A DNA stretch of 52,756 bases. Origin: a virus. This document shows, in pieces, positions 34,802 to 44,653 of the stretch. The DNA lies in the IMG/VR virus record IMGVR_UViG_3300009983_000001, positions 1-52,756 of that record. One strand, given 5' to 3'. Below the pieces are notes generated by a model. The model saw only the letters and a list, made by a program, of their open reading frames with translations. It made no database searches and was not told where the DNA came from. The position numbers and the translations under genes were made by a program. The first letter of the stretch is position 1. Every line of letters starts with the position of its first letter.

Positions 34802-36000
34802 CGGTTGAATACCTTACGTGCAGTGAGTGAATTATCGCGAGTCAGCTTTAACGCTGCGCGCGGCCTATGAGCGTAGTGGTTCATAGTTACCTCGTCAACG
34901 CCGAGTTTGATCGCTTGTGCAGGGGTGACAAGTAAATCCTTTCTATCGGGTGGCTTCCGTAAATCAATGTTGAGTAGATCGCCCAAACCGACGACCTCGT
35001 CAACGTTTACATCGTCGTAGTAAGTCAGCCGCGATTGACCGGGCGACATGTGAAAAAACGAAATAGGCTTGCCCTGTCGCATTAACGCTTCGGCTTGCGC
35101 AGCAAGTCCAGTCTCGCGAGCTTGCAATCGTTGGATTGCATCTTGCACCATAGCAAGTTCAGTGCCGATAGCTTCGGGCGGCATCTCCACAAGCTCGCCA
35201 CTTGTGGAGAAGTCAATGAGTGCGCCGGTTGCATACTGTTTCGTTTTGCACACATGACGGGCTCGGCAGTCGATGCAAGAGTCGTTTGTTGTGGCGATTG
35301 GGTTAATGTCAAGGGCTGCATGGGCTGCGCTGGATGCGATGTTTACTGGGCCGCGCAGGTCACTCGCTTGAACGCGCCACCAACGCACCGGCCCCTCAGC
35401 TTGATAACATCGAGGTTGAATGATACACATCTCAATCCACAGGTTAGGGTCGAGGTCGTCAAGGTTCAAGCGCTCCATTACACCCACGGCGTAGGCGGTT
35501 GTTTGGTAGTTGCGGAACACTTCGACGTAACGGTGCCCATACTTGTAATCCGCGATGCGTAATATTTTTACTAAACCGCGCGAGAACATATCAGGCGAGA
35601 TTTCCGGTGGGCACTCTGACCACGCAACGCGAGCATCAGGGAAAAAGCGCCATGCATCAGGTGTGCCCCAGCAATGCTCGCGGTGGATGCGGGAGGCCCG
35701 TACCGCATCCTCTAAGCGCAAGTCATTGTGAAAGCCGCCGATTGCACGTGTGTACATTACAGCGCCCGCAACCATGTCAGCATCAATGGTCCATTCGCGC
35801 CGGTTGTGCGTGAACTTTGAACCTACCGGCATATCATGGCCGTGTCCTTGAGCATATTTCATTGCCACCCAATGCGCGAACGTGCCTTCGGCTTCCTCTT
35901 CGGTTTCAGGTAGTGGCGGCACTTGCTCTTGAAGTTGTACCGAAGCGTTACACTTCACGGTTAGGTCAAGGCTCGACGGTGCTATGCGTGCATGGCTCAT
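34798..36000 (-). CDS. PD-(D/E)XK nuclease, Cas4/RecB-like (DUF2800-like by recollection)
   Basis: 400 aa. ILRIADYKYGH (D...D-x-K core) and C-terminal Cys cluster CIDCRARHVC. Adjacent to the SSB-like gene. Confidence 0.65.
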   Translation of the reverse strand: MSHARIAPSSLDLTVKCNASVQLQEQVPPLPETEEEAEGTFAHWVAMKYAQGHGHDMPVGSKFTHNRREWTIDADMVAGAVMYTRAIGGFHNDLRLEDAVRASRIHREHCWGTPDAWRFFPDARVAWSECPPEISPDMFSRGLVKILRIADYKYGHRYVEVFRNYQTTAYAVGVMERLNLDDLDPNLWIEMCIIQPRCYQAEGPVRWWRVQASDLRGPVNIASSAAHAALDINPIATTNDSCIDCRARHVCKTKQYATGALIDFSTSGELVEMPPEAIGTELAMVQDAIQRLQARETGLAAQAEALMRQGKPISFFHMSPGQSRLTYYDDVNVDEVVGLGDLLNIDLRKPPDRKDLLVTPAQAIKLGVDEVTMNHYAHRPRAALKLTRDNSLTARKVFNR

Positions 36001-36257
36001 TTAAAACTCACTATTGTGCGCGGGTTTTGTTTCCGATGTTCGTTAATCAGATTTGGTTGATATTCGATATTTTCAACACTGCCATATTGCAGGTGCTTAC
36101 CTGACGAGTCCGTCAGTTGGAAGCTCGTGTCGGACAATAACCGAATACATCTACCGTCTGCAAGGTGTAATACAGGGCCAGTTCGGGCCTTATGTTGTTT
36201 AAGCAATTCAAACGGACCAAGCGGGCCGTTAGGTTCAACTAATGTCAACGCGTCCAT
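35997..36257 (-). CDS. Hypothetical protein
   Basis: 86 aa, with its stop ATGA-coupled to the nuclease start. Contains a perfect palindrome copy at 36101-36116. Confidence 0.4.
   Translation of the reverse strand: MDALTLVEPNGPLGPFELLKQHKARTGPVLHLADGRCIRLLSDTSFQLTDSSGKHLQYGSVENIEYQPNLINEHRKQNPRTIVSFK
36101..36116. promoter_or_regulatory. Perfect palindrome CTGACGAGTCCGTCAG
   Basis: Exact match to CTGACG-N4-CGTCAG, 100 nt upstream of the nuclease start, inside ORF 35997-36257. Confidence 0.5.
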
Positions 36258-36784
36258 AATTGAGGCCGTGTTTCCTTTGGTAAATAAAGCGGGTGTTTTG
36301 GTTGGCCCAACTTCGTCAGGCCCATGTGGTAGAGCTTCTCAGGCACAGCGGTCTGTAATAAGCATTGCGTTTTATACGCAAGGCCCTTGTGGGCGTTATT
36401 GCCCCACGCGCATATAACTAGCGATGATCGCAACGCATGATGCAGGATAAAGTACTCGTTGTGGTCGGCATGCAATTGCCCCGGTACGCGTTGATGCTTC
36501 GGGTCAGTGCTGCGATACGGGTTTACGTTAACGAAAACCATTTTCGAGTAGCCCCACCTATTCGTAAAATCCCATCCTCGGCGCTCGGTTGGGTCGTCAA
36601 TCTCTGCATCTGCGATTGAAGGGTTGCACAACACCCACAACACGAAGGGGTAAGGATCGTTGCGCACAGGGCCGTAGCGATAGACCGCAACCATGCAACG
36701 ATCACACCTACAGCCCGGCTCTACAATGCGGGTCATATCATAGCGATACGACCCACACGGGCTTAATGTTGCCTCTCGCTTCAT
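36245..36784 (-). CDS. DUF1643-like protein
   Basis: 179 aa with CNPSIADAE..DPTERR...VNVNPYRSTDP...CAWGN...GQPKHPLYL, matching my recollection of DUF1643. Confidence 0.6.
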   Translation of the reverse strand: MKREATLSPCGSYRYDMTRIVEPGCRCDRCMVAVYRYGPVRNDPYPFVLWVLCNPSIADAEIDDPTERRGWDFTNRWGYSKMVFVNVNPYRSTDPKHQRVPGQLHADHNEYFILHHALRSSLVICAWGNNAHKGLAYKTQCLLQTAVPEKLYHMGLTKLGQPKHPLYLPKETRPQLWTR

Positions 36785-37725
36785 CGAAGCGCCAACACCA
36801 TATCGATATTGCCTTCCACTGTGCCGATTAGATGCGGCATGTTGTTAAGCAATTGCAGCGAAGGCACGCCGGCGTTAGCCACGCACTGGCTTACCTCTTC
36901 AACCGAGATGCGGCCCGCTGCTTTGGCTTCCGTGATTTTACGGACGAGCGCGCGGAACGGATCAAGTGCAGGCTGTGCCGTTGGTGCGGCGGCCGGCGCT
37001 GGGGGTACCACCGGAGCCGAAGCCCCCATCGCCGGCGGTTGTAACACGCCGTTGATGTAATGTGCTGTCGGGGCAGGCGGCACAAGTGAAGGGTCGAACG
37101 CTCCCGGAGATGGTACAGCGGGCACAGTTGGCACGACAGGGGCGGCAGGCTTGCGAATGCGCGGCGCTAGCTCTTGCATGACGCTGGCGACGAGGTCGTC
37201 GGCGATGTTCTTTTGCAACTTCCAAGTACCGTCTTTTTTGATACCCTTGGTTTTTTGATGAATACGCGCATCGAACGGAACGCCCGAGCTGTCGAACTCG
37301 TCAGGTGCCGCAGTGATAACAGTAGGAGCGGCCGTAGTGGATGCCGTGGGTGGGGCAGGGGCCACGACGGCCGTAACTAAAGGGATAGCAGGCGGGGCAA
37401 CCGGAACAAGCGTTCCCGCAGGAACAGGGGCCGAGGGCGGGCTCGCTGTAGAAGTGGCCGGAACCGTCGCAGTAGGCGCAAGCGGAGCCGGAGGTACTAA
37501 AGGGCCGTTGTTGTTCATATCCTGTTGTGCGCGTTGCAAGTCGGCATCGTGGAAATCAGCAGGTTCCGGCAGCACTGAGGGCGTAGACAATGCTGGGGGC
37601 GCAACACGTGCGGCAGGTTTTCCGCTTTCTTCGGCTTCCCGTAACTGCGCATGATCCGTTAAAAACTGCGCGCAAAGACGTAAGGCTGCCGGTTTTTCAA
37701 CCGCTATATCTATCATCAATTGCAT
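36781..37725 (-). CDS. Pro/Ala-rich hypothetical protein
   Basis: 314 aa with central motif DSSGVPFDARIHQKTKGIKKDGTWKL. First gene of the leftward replication operon. Confidence 0.6.
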   Translation of the reverse strand: MQLMIDIAVEKPAALRLCAQFLTDHAQLREAEESGKPAARVAPPALSTPSVLPEPADFHDADLQRAQQDMNNNGPLVPPAPLAPTATVPATSTASPPSAPVPAGTLVPVAPPAIPLVTAVVAPAPPTASTTAAPTVITAAPDEFDSSGVPFDARIHQKTKGIKKDGTWKLQKNIADDLVASVMQELAPRIRKPAAPVVPTVPAVPSPGAFDPSLVPPAPTAHYINGVLQPPAMGASAPVVPPAPAAAPTAQPALDPFRALVRKITEAKAAGRISVEEVSQCVANAGVPSLQLLNNMPHLIGTVEGNIDMVLALR

Positions 37726-37768
37726 AACTTTTACTCCAAAATGTGCAGCATAAAAATATTTGTGGCTG

Positions 37769-37784
37769 CTGACGATATCGTCAG
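37769..37784. promoter_or_regulatory. Perfect palindrome CTGACGATATCGTCAG in the divergent intergenic region
   Basis: Exact match, between 36781-37725 (-) and 37841-39553 (+). Confidence 0.65.
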
Positions 37785-37785
37785 A

Positions 37786-37801
37786 CTGACGACCATGTCA
37801 A
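37786..37801. promoter_or_regulatory. Degenerate palindrome CTGACGACCATGTCAA adjacent to the perfect copy
   Basis: 14/16 match, 2 nt after the perfect copy. Confidence 0.4.
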
Positions 37802-37840
37802 GCGCTTGCGAAATAAAACAAGGAAGGATATTGTACTTTA

Positions 37841-39553
37841 ATGCTCTACGATTTCCAGCAAGACGTACAGAATAAAGCTTTCGCTCACTATCACGAAGGG
37901 CACACAGCGGTTATGACTGTTATGCCCACGGGTGGGGGTAAAACAGTATTGTTTTGTGACAGCCTCCTAAAATTCAATTGCCCGTCTGTTGTAATTGCGC
38001 ACAGGCAGGAACTCGTCTCTCAAGCCGCCTTATCATTAAATCGCGAACACGTGCCGCACTCCATCATTGCGCCTAAGAAAGTAATACAACAGATAATCGG
38101 GCTTGAGCACGATTTGCAAGGATACTCGACGTACAACTCGCGAGCGCCGGCACGTGTAGCCGGGGTGGACACGTTACGCAATCACGACGCTAACGACAAG
38201 TGGTTTTCGCAAGTGGGTTTTGGGGTTATAGACGAAGCTCATCACGCTTTAAGGACGAATAAATGGGGCAAGGAGATGCTTAAATTTCCTAATGCCCGAT
38301 GGATGCTTCCCACAGCGCATGCTCTACGCGCCGATAACAAAGGGCTTGGCCGTGACGGAGGCGAAGGCTTTGTTGATAGGTTAGTAGTCGGCCCGTACGG
38401 CCGGCAGCTTATTAACCGAGGATTTTTAACTGATTACCGCCTTGTGTGCGTGGGCAGTGACGTTGCGCTCGCTGACGTGCCCGTCGGGCCTTCCGGCGAA
38501 TACAATATGCCGAAGTTGCGCGCGGCCACGCATGCCGATAATCAAATCGTTGGCGATGTGGTTAAAACATACTTGAAATATGCAGCCGGCAAGCTTGGCA
38601 TTACATTCGCAGTCGATAAAGAGGAAGCCGTTAAACTACGCAACGCTTACGTTGCAGCGGGCGTGCCGGCGGAAGTCATCACAGACGAGACGCCTATTAC
38701 TGTGCGCGGCCAGCTCATGCGCAAGTTTAAAGCGCGCCAGATTTTGCAGCTTGTGTCGGTTGATTGCCTCGGCGAAGGCGTGGACGTTCCCGCAATTGAA
38801 GTCGTCAGCCTTGTGCGCCGCACGGCCTCTTGGCAGTTGTTGTGTCAGCAAGTAGGCCGTGCGTTGCGCGTAATGGTTGACGAGCAATACGCACGTCATT
38901 GGCCGCAATACAGTGACGTCGAACGTCTCGCGCTGATTGCCAACTCGAACAAGCCCAAGGCGATCATTATCGACCACGTGGGCAATATTGTTTGGCATGC
39001 GAAGTTTCGCGGCTTGTTCGATTCGAGACAAGAGTACAGCTTGTTGAGCGGTGAACGTAACGCGCGCAAGTCAGATGCAATCCCACTGCGCACATGCTTG
39101 GAGTGCAAACAGCCTTACGAGCAATATCTAATCCGCTGCAAGTATTGCGGCAACGAGCCACTGCCGGCGGGTCGATCAACTCCTGAGCTTGTGCAAGGCG
39201 ACCTTGTCGAACTTGATCCTTTAGTGTTAAAGGCGATGCGCGGTGAATCTGAAAAGATCATGCAAGCCTACGTCGCACCACATGGGATGCCCGCTTATAT
39301 CGTCAAAGCACAGATGCGTCACCATCACGACAGGTTCAGGGGTCAGACTTCCCTGCGTCACGCTATGATGTTATGGGGCGGCTGGCAGAAGCATTTAGGC
39401 TTGCAGGAACGTGAAGCGCAAAAGCTGTTTTATATTCGATTCGGTATTGATGTGTTAAGCGCGCAGGCGTTAGCACTGACGGACGCGACAGCTTTAGAAG
39501 CTCGCATCGTCGCAGAACTTGAACGGGCCAACATCCAAGAGGTAGTAGCGTGA
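37841..39553 (+). CDS. SF2 DEAD/DEAH-box helicase with C-terminal zinc ribbon
   Basis: 570 aa. Motif I MPTGGGKT, motif II VIDEAHH, and CLECKQPY...CKYCG. Confidence 0.8.
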   Translation: MLYDFQQDVQNKAFAHYHEGHTAVMTVMPTGGGKTVLFCDSLLKFNCPSVVIAHRQELVSQAALSLNREHVPHSIIAPKKVIQQIIGLEHDLQGYSTYNSRAPARVAGVDTLRNHDANDKWFSQVGFGVIDEAHHALRTNKWGKEMLKFPNARWMLPTAHALRADNKGLGRDGGEGFVDRLVVGPYGRQLINRGFLTDYRLVCVGSDVALADVPVGPSGEYNMPKLRAATHADNQIVGDVVKTYLKYAAGKLGITFAVDKEEAVKLRNAYVAAGVPAEVITDETPITVRGQLMRKFKARQILQLVSVDCLGEGVDVPAIEVVSLVRRTASWQLLCQQVGRALRVMVDEQYARHWPQYSDVERLALIANSNKPKAIIIDHVGNIVWHAKFRGLFDSRQEYSLLSGERNARKSDAIPLRTCLECKQPYEQYLIRCKYCGNEPLPAGRSTPELVQGDLVELDPLVLKAMRGESEKIMQAYVAPHGMPAYIVKAQMRHHHDRFRGQTSLRHAMMLWGGWQKHLGLQEREAQKLFYIRFGIDVLSAQALALTDATALEARIVAELERANIQEVVA

Positions 39554-39780
39554 GTAAATATGGCGAGATGAAAAGGGCAGGCGATTGGGAAGGCAAACGA
39601 ATCATCACTATAAAAAAATTACAAAATGGAGCCAACACTATTCCTGAAGGCGCTAAAGGCATTGTCACTTACGCCCATAACGGTCTTTCCCTAAATTTAG
39701 ATGGGTGTCCCTTTTGTGGCGTCGGGGTTCGTATAACACGAGTGCCTTACACATCTGTGAGGCTTGAGGGCACCGTATGA
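39550..39780 (+). CDS. Hypothetical protein
   Basis: GTG start overlapping the TGA; 76 aa. ATGA-coupled to the VRR-NUC gene. Confidence 0.45.
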   Translation: MSKYGEMKRAGDWEGKRIITIKKLQNGANTIPEGAKGIVTYAHNGLSLNLDGCPFCGVGVRITRVPYTSVRLEGTV

Positions 39781-40286
39781 CTCTCACCGAATGGGCCACG
39801 CGTTGGAATATTCCCGCCGAAGCCTTCCGTGAACTTGCAGCATGTAGTATTGTTCCGCCGGAGCCTGACGCACCCGTCGGTAGCAAAACCGAGGCGTATG
39901 TGCAATCAGTCATAAGACTAGAAGCGCCACAACGCGGCGTTTATTTATGGCGCAACAACTCAGGCGCGGGGATTGTGGCTAATGCTCGCGAGTTGTGCCC
40001 GGAATGTGCTAAAAACGCACGACGCCCGATTCGTTGGGGCTTGGGGAATGACAGCAAGAAAGTCAATGATGTAATGAAATCAGGCGACCTCATAGGCATA
40101 CGTCCGGTTATCATCACGCCTGACATGGTCGGCAGGAAACTCGGCCAGTTCGTGAGCAGGGAATGCAAGCCCGAAAACTGGAAGTACTCGGGCAACGAAC
40201 ATGAGAACGCGCAGTTAGCTTGGAGCACGTTAATAAATTCACTTGGCGGTGATGCCGCCATTGTCAACCGCATCGGCTCGCTATAG
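39777..40286 (+). CDS. VRR-NUC domain nuclease
   Basis: 169 aa with GDLIGIRP...GQFVSRECKPENWK, fitting the D...ExK VRR-NUC pattern. Confidence 0.65.
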   Translation: MTLTEWATRWNIPAEAFRELAACSIVPPEPDAPVGSKTEAYVQSVIRLEAPQRGVYLWRNNSGAGIVANARELCPECAKNARRPIRWGLGNDSKKVNDVMKSGDLIGIRPVIITPDMVGRKLGQFVSRECKPENWKYSGNEHENAQLAWSTLINSLGGDAAIVNRIGSL

Positions 40287-40298
40287 GATCACCAGACT

Positions 40299-40601
40299 AT
40301 GACTACCAAACCAAACGATACATCCAAACCCGCAATCCTAAAGGCAGCCGTAAAGCTGGCGAACGACGTGGGCCTATTCCAATTTTCGCGCGTTGATGTG
40401 GCGAACGCTGCCGAGGTCGGCGAATCAACGGTGTCTTATCACTTCGGCACGATGCCGCAGTTGCGCACAGCGATCGCACAGCATGCAATTGAACATGAGA
40501 TGTTGAAAATTCTGGCAGATGCTCGCGCGGGCCGTGAAAAGGTCGGCGTAGTTATGAGCGCAACGTTAAGGAAGAAAATCGCGAAATATATCGCTGGTTA
40601 A
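40299..40601 (+). CDS. Stand-alone TetR-type HTH DNA-binding protein
   Basis: 100 aa. ILKAAVKLANDVGLFQFSRVDVANAAEVGESTVSYHFGTMPQLRTA matches the TetR N-terminal HTH signature. No ligand-binding domain. Confidence 0.65.
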   Translation: MTTKPNDTSKPAILKAAVKLANDVGLFQFSRVDVANAAEVGESTVSYHFGTMPQLRTAIAQHAIEHEMLKILADARAGREKVGVVMSATLRKKIAKYIAG

Positions 40602-40652
40602 TCCGCCCTTAAACAAACAGGCCGACGGGGTCGCTGAAACCCACGCCGGCCA

Positions 40653-43271
40653 ATGGTGAACACTGCACACATGGCGGACTCTAGCGACATTCGCGGGGCA
40701 TTGTCAAATGTTCGCGCCTTCATTCTCTACCGGCTCGCGCCGACTGTTGACGCCAAGGGGAACCCAAAGCTCGACAAAGTGCCGACGAGTCCAGCTACAG
40801 GGTATGACATTAATCCCCACGATCCGGCTGAGTGGATGCTGCCGGCTGACGCGCAAATGTGGGCGGACGTGTTCAACTTACAATCCATGCCGCAAGGCGT
40901 TACCGGCTATGGTACGGGCGTCATCATTTCCGAAAACATCGTGCTGCCCAACGGTCGTCGATTGTTTGCACTCGACATCGACAAATGCCGCGACGGCAGC
41001 GTATGGGCTCCCCACGCGCGCGCATTCATCGACAAGCTTGCAGGTGGTGGTGTAGAGGTCAGCGTCAGTCACAACGGATTGCATGTATTCGGCACCTACG
41101 CCGGCGAACGTCCAGCGCACGGTACGCGCAATAAAACCTACAATCTCGAACTGTACACGCGGCTTAGATTTATCGCCTGTACGGGCTTAGGCGCTGCCGG
41201 CGATCCGCTCAAAGACTTAACACGCGAGTTGCACGCCCTTGTCGAATACTTCCCGCCGCACGACGATGTCGACTACGGTGACGAACTGACAACCGCGCCC
41301 GTTAAGGAGTGGAGCGGCCCCGAGGATGACGACGAACTCTTGCGGCGCGCCATGCGATCACACAGCGGCGGCGCTGTCTTTGGTGGCAAGGCTGCCTTCG
41401 CTGACTTGTGGAACGCAACGCCCTCGGTGTTGGCGCGCGTGTTCCCGCCGCAGCAACATGGAGCCTATGACGCCAGCGCCGCCGATCTTGCGTTGTGTAA
41501 TCACTTGGCGTTCTGGACCGGCAACCACGGCGAACGCATGTTGCGCTTGCTGTACCGCTCGGCGCTCGTGCGTCCAAAATGGGAGCGTGTGGGCTATCTC
41601 CACGACACCATACAGCGCGCATGTGGCTCGCAGCGTCAATGGTACAATGACCCCCGCAGTACCTCGACCGCTCAAGCTGTTGCGCCTGCCGCCGCGCCTG
41701 TGGCAACGATGCCGGCAACGCTACAGCCGACCGTCACGACCGCAGGCGCGAGCGTCGCTTTACATCTACCGACAACCCTGTCAGTATCGCAACCAATCGC
41801 GACTACCCCTATGCAAATAGGCGCAGCGGTTCCGACTGTGGGGCTGGCAACGGATGAGCGTAAGCCGGAGCAACAAACAGCCCCCTTTCTTCCCTACGAT
41901 CCAAACAAGCCCATTGCGCCCGGCATACGTCCGACAATCGGCGACTATCTGACCGAAGCGCAACAGGTCGCACTCTTTGACCAATGCGTCTACATCCAAG
42001 ACATTCATCAAGTCATGATGCCCCAAGGGCACACACTTAGCTCGGAGAAGTTCGACGCTGAGTTCAGCGGCTACACATTCGCAGTGAAACCCGACGGCCA
42101 GCAACCCGCTAAACGCGCGTGGGACGCTTTCGTATTTTCCGAGGTGCACGCCTTCCCTAAAGTCAAAGGCATGTTCTTTGACCCTCGTGTGCCGTCTCGT
42201 ACGATCATCGAGCGTGACAACTGGACGTTGATTAACTCTTACGTGCCGTCGATCATCAAACGCAAGGCCGGTGATGTGTCGCCCTTCCTTACGCATCTCT
42301 ACAAGCTGCTACCGCTTGGCAATGATGCTCAAATATTGCTTGCCTACTTCGCGGCGTGCGTTCAACACGCCGGCGAAAAGTTCCAATGGTGGCCGCTGAT
42401 ACAAGGCGTCGAGGGTAACGGTAAGACCACGCTGTCGCACTTGCTGGAATACGCTATCGGCGAACGTTACACTCACTGGCCCAAGGCGGCCGAGCTAGGC
42501 TCGAAGTTCAACAGCGCGTTTTATGGCAAGCTGTTGATATGTTGCGAAGATGTTTACATCTCAGAATCGCGCGGCTCGTTGTGGGAATCACTCAAGCCGA
42601 TGATTACCGGCTCGCGCTTGGAGATTGAGGGCAAGGGCGTCGACAAGGTCACGCGTGAGGTATGCTTTAACGGCGTGATGAACTCGAACCATAAAAACGC
42701 CATCCGCAAGACGGCCAATGACCGACGAGTCGGTCCATTCTTTTGCGCACAACAATCGAAAGCCGATCTACTGCGCGACGGCATGACAACGGACTATTTT
42801 AGAGCCCTTCGTTCGTGGCGCATGGGTGAAGGCCGCGAGATTGTCGCCGACTACCTCATGCGTTATGAAATACCCGACGAGTGGAACCCGGCTACTGACT
42901 GCATCGTTTGCCCCGAGACCACAGCGACCCGTGAGGCTATCAGCGCCGGTCTAGGTGCGGCCGAGCAAGAGGTCATAGAGGCGATCGCACAGGGTCAAGC
43001 TGGCTTCCGTGGCGGCTGGGTGTCATCGAGCGCCCTAGACCGTCTACTCGCGGCCATTGGCAAGGGCACGAGCATACCCCGCAACAAACGTCGGGAGATG
43101 TTGGACACCCTCGGCTATATGCCGCATCCGGGCTTGCCAGACGGTCGCGCTACGATCAACGACACTGACGGGACACGACCCTACCTGTATGTGCTCCAAA
43201 CGACGCCCGGAGCCTCTGAACGCAACCCCCACATCATTATGGGGTTGTATCAGGCGGCGCAGAAAGGCTAA
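40653..43271 (+). CDS. Bifunctional primase-polymerase / SF3 (D5/P4-type) helicase
   Basis: 872 aa. N-terminal prim-pol-like region (ALDIDK...VSVSHNGLHVF), an Ala/Pro/Thr linker, and Walker A GVEGNGKTT. Confidence 0.75.
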   Translation: MVNTAHMADSSDIRGALSNVRAFILYRLAPTVDAKGNPKLDKVPTSPATGYDINPHDPAEWMLPADAQMWADVFNLQSMPQGVTGYGTGVIISENIVLPNGRRLFALDIDKCRDGSVWAPHARAFIDKLAGGGVEVSVSHNGLHVFGTYAGERPAHGTRNKTYNLELYTRLRFIACTGLGAAGDPLKDLTRELHALVEYFPPHDDVDYGDELTTAPVKEWSGPEDDDELLRRAMRSHSGGAVFGGKAAFADLWNATPSVLARVFPPQQHGAYDASAADLALCNHLAFWTGNHGERMLRLLYRSALVRPKWERVGYLHDTIQRACGSQRQWYNDPRSTSTAQAVAPAAAPVATMPATLQPTVTTAGASVALHLPTTLSVSQPIATTPMQIGAAVPTVGLATDERKPEQQTAPFLPYDPNKPIAPGIRPTIGDYLTEAQQVALFDQCVYIQDIHQVMMPQGHTLSSEKFDAEFSGYTFAVKPDGQQPAKRAWDAFVFSEVHAFPKVKGMFFDPRVPSRTIIERDNWTLINSYVPSIIKRKAGDVSPFLTHLYKLLPLGNDAQILLAYFAACVQHAGEKFQWWPLIQGVEGNGKTTLSHLLEYAIGERYTHWPKAAELGSKFNSAFYGKLLICCEDVYISESRGSLWESLKPMITGSRLEIEGKGVDKVTREVCFNGVMNSNHKNAIRKTANDRRVGPFFCAQQSKADLLRDGMTTDYFRALRSWRMGEGREIVADYLMRYEIPDEWNPATDCIVCPETTATREAISAGLGAAEQEVIEAIAQGQAGFRGGWVSSSALDRLLAAIGKGTSIPRNKRREMLDTLGYMPHPGLPDGRATINDTDGTRPYLYVLQTTPGASERNPHIIMGLYQAAQKG

Positions 43272-43437
43272 CGATGTGAAAGCGTCGTTGGTCTACTGCT
43301 TCATTCAACAATCGGCACAAGTGGTTAGCATATTCTCGTTCGGTAATCGAGGCGCGTTTACCCACCAACAATAGGATCGTGTTCTCAGAGAACGCTTTGT
43401 CGTGAATGGTGCCATCGACGTTGACGGAAAAACGCAT
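43237..43437 (-). CDS. Hypothetical protein
   Basis: 66-aa ORF whose 3' end overlaps the convergent primase gene by 35 nt. Confidence 0.35.
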   Translation of the reverse strand: MRFSVNVDGTIHDKAFSENTILLLVGKRASITEREYANHLCRLLNEAVDQRRFHIVSLSAPPDTTP

Positions 43438-43449
43438 AAAATTTCACCT

Positions 43450-43815
43450 TTAAAACCCACATTCGGGATCGTAATTTAACGAGGTCTCGCCTGCCGGCGG
43501 TTTCGCATGATCGCATCGCCCTGAGTTCCACGTGCTGCCTCTGCGATGTGGTTTTCCGCCTTCGGTACTTCCACAGTGGCACGTCGTCGCCTTGGCTTCA
43601 AACTTCGCGGTGCGGTGCCAATCTACCCACCATTCACTTATCCCTCGTTCACGCGCTTTGCGAGCGTCTGCACACGTGCACTTGGGAGGTCTTACGTAGA
43701 ATTCAGGCAGCTTGGTCAAGGTCCGACGACCTAGGCAGTATCGACAGCGGACTCTATACCGCGCGTACGATTTGCGGCTCTGCTCACTGTACACGCGATG
43801 CGGTTTACTGCTCAT
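43450..43815 (-). CDS. Cys/His-rich basic hypothetical protein
   Basis: 121 aa. Its start overlaps the HNH gene stop by 1 nt (TAATG). Confidence 0.5.
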   Translation of the reverse strand: MSSKPHRVYSEQSRKSYARYRVRCRYCLGRRTLTKLPEFYVRPPKCTCADARKARERGISEWWVDWHRTAKFEAKATTCHCGSTEGGKPHRRGSTWNSGRCDHAKPPAGETSLNYDPECGF

Positions 43816-44183
43816 TATCCAAACAACCGGAATTGTTCAAACACCGGCAACAGCGTTTCGGGCTCGTCGTACCACACGTTTGACTCGGCGGCGTTGGCAT
43901 ACCACGTAACAACTTTGATATTCCAAGGCACATTAAGCCCGCAAACATTATGGTGCGTCAGAGGGACGATGTGGGCAAGAACGTGTTGCACTTTGGTTGC
44001 GGCGGTTAAGTTGTCGCGCACCGCAACGATAGATGAAAAATCTTTTTCTTTGATCCACGGGGGCGAAGCTAAAACGGCGCGCGTGATGTACGAGCAACGA
44101 GAGTGCCGAAGTAACCACTCAGGTGTTATGCCGGCTAGTAACCTCTCGCGAAGCTTCGGCCGGCAGTAACGATGCACGCTCAT
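43815..44183 (-). CDS. HNH endonuclease-like protein
   Basis: 122 aa. HVLAHIVPLTHHNVCGLNVPWNIKVVTWYANAAESN fits H..H.VPL....GL..P.N......N. Confidence 0.6.
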   Translation of the reverse strand: MSVHRYCRPKLRERLLAGITPEWLLRHSRCSYITRAVLASPPWIKEKDFSSIVAVRDNLTAATKVQHVLAHIVPLTHHNVCGLNVPWNIKVVTWYANAAESNVWYDEPETLLPVFEQFRLFG

Positions 44184-44396
44184 TCAATCCTCGGGCTGAT
44201 TATAGATGTTTGCAAATGGATCTTTGCCCTCTTGTTCACGTTCATCTTCAAGCCACATTTTAAACGATATTGCAAAAATCAATATGGCCAACAGAACAAT
44301 AAGTCCAAGGGTGAGCCATACATGGCCGCTTGCAAAACCATAAGAGATTAACGAAACAGAAATGAGGCAACCGATAAGCAATAACAGTGCTTTCAT
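44184..44396 (-). CDS. Small two-TM membrane protein
   Basis: ATG at 44396 (MKALLLLIGCLISVSLISYGF...LTLGLIVLLAILIFAISF). Confidence 0.55.
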   Translation of the reverse strand: MKALLLLIGCLISVSLISYGFASGHVWLTLGLIVLLAILIFAISFKMWLEDEREQEGKDPFANIYNQPED

Positions 44397-44450
44397 GATG
44401 ACGCCCTTGTCAGTGTGAAGTGTGAAACGCGTCACAATTCTGCGCCCACA

Positions 44451-44466
44451 CTGACGAGGCCGTCAA
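44451..44466. promoter_or_regulatory. Near-perfect palindrome CTGACGAGGCCGTCAA; candidate leftward promoter
   Basis: 15/16 match. The minus strand reads TTGACG, an 18-nt spacer, then CAGAAT upstream of 44184-44396. Confidence 0.5.
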
Positions 44467-44652
44467 TTACTTTTTGTGCTTTTCAGGGTATCCCTGTTCG
44501 CGGTCGTTAAGCCAATCGACGACGGCTTTGTAATCGGCATCGCTGTAGTCAGCACGGTGATCCAATCGGCCATGATAGATGTTAAGTTTTAATTTATTAT
44601 CTTGCATAACTTTAATGCCAGTAGGAAACTGGGTAAATCTGTAACGTTGCAT
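44467..44652 (-). CDS. Hypothetical protein
   Basis: 61-aa ORF, tightly packed. Confidence 0.45.
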   Translation of the reverse strand: MQRYRFTQFPTGIKVMQDNKLKLNIYHGRLDHRADYSDADYKAVVDWLNDREQGYPEKHKK

Positions 44653-44653
44653 T

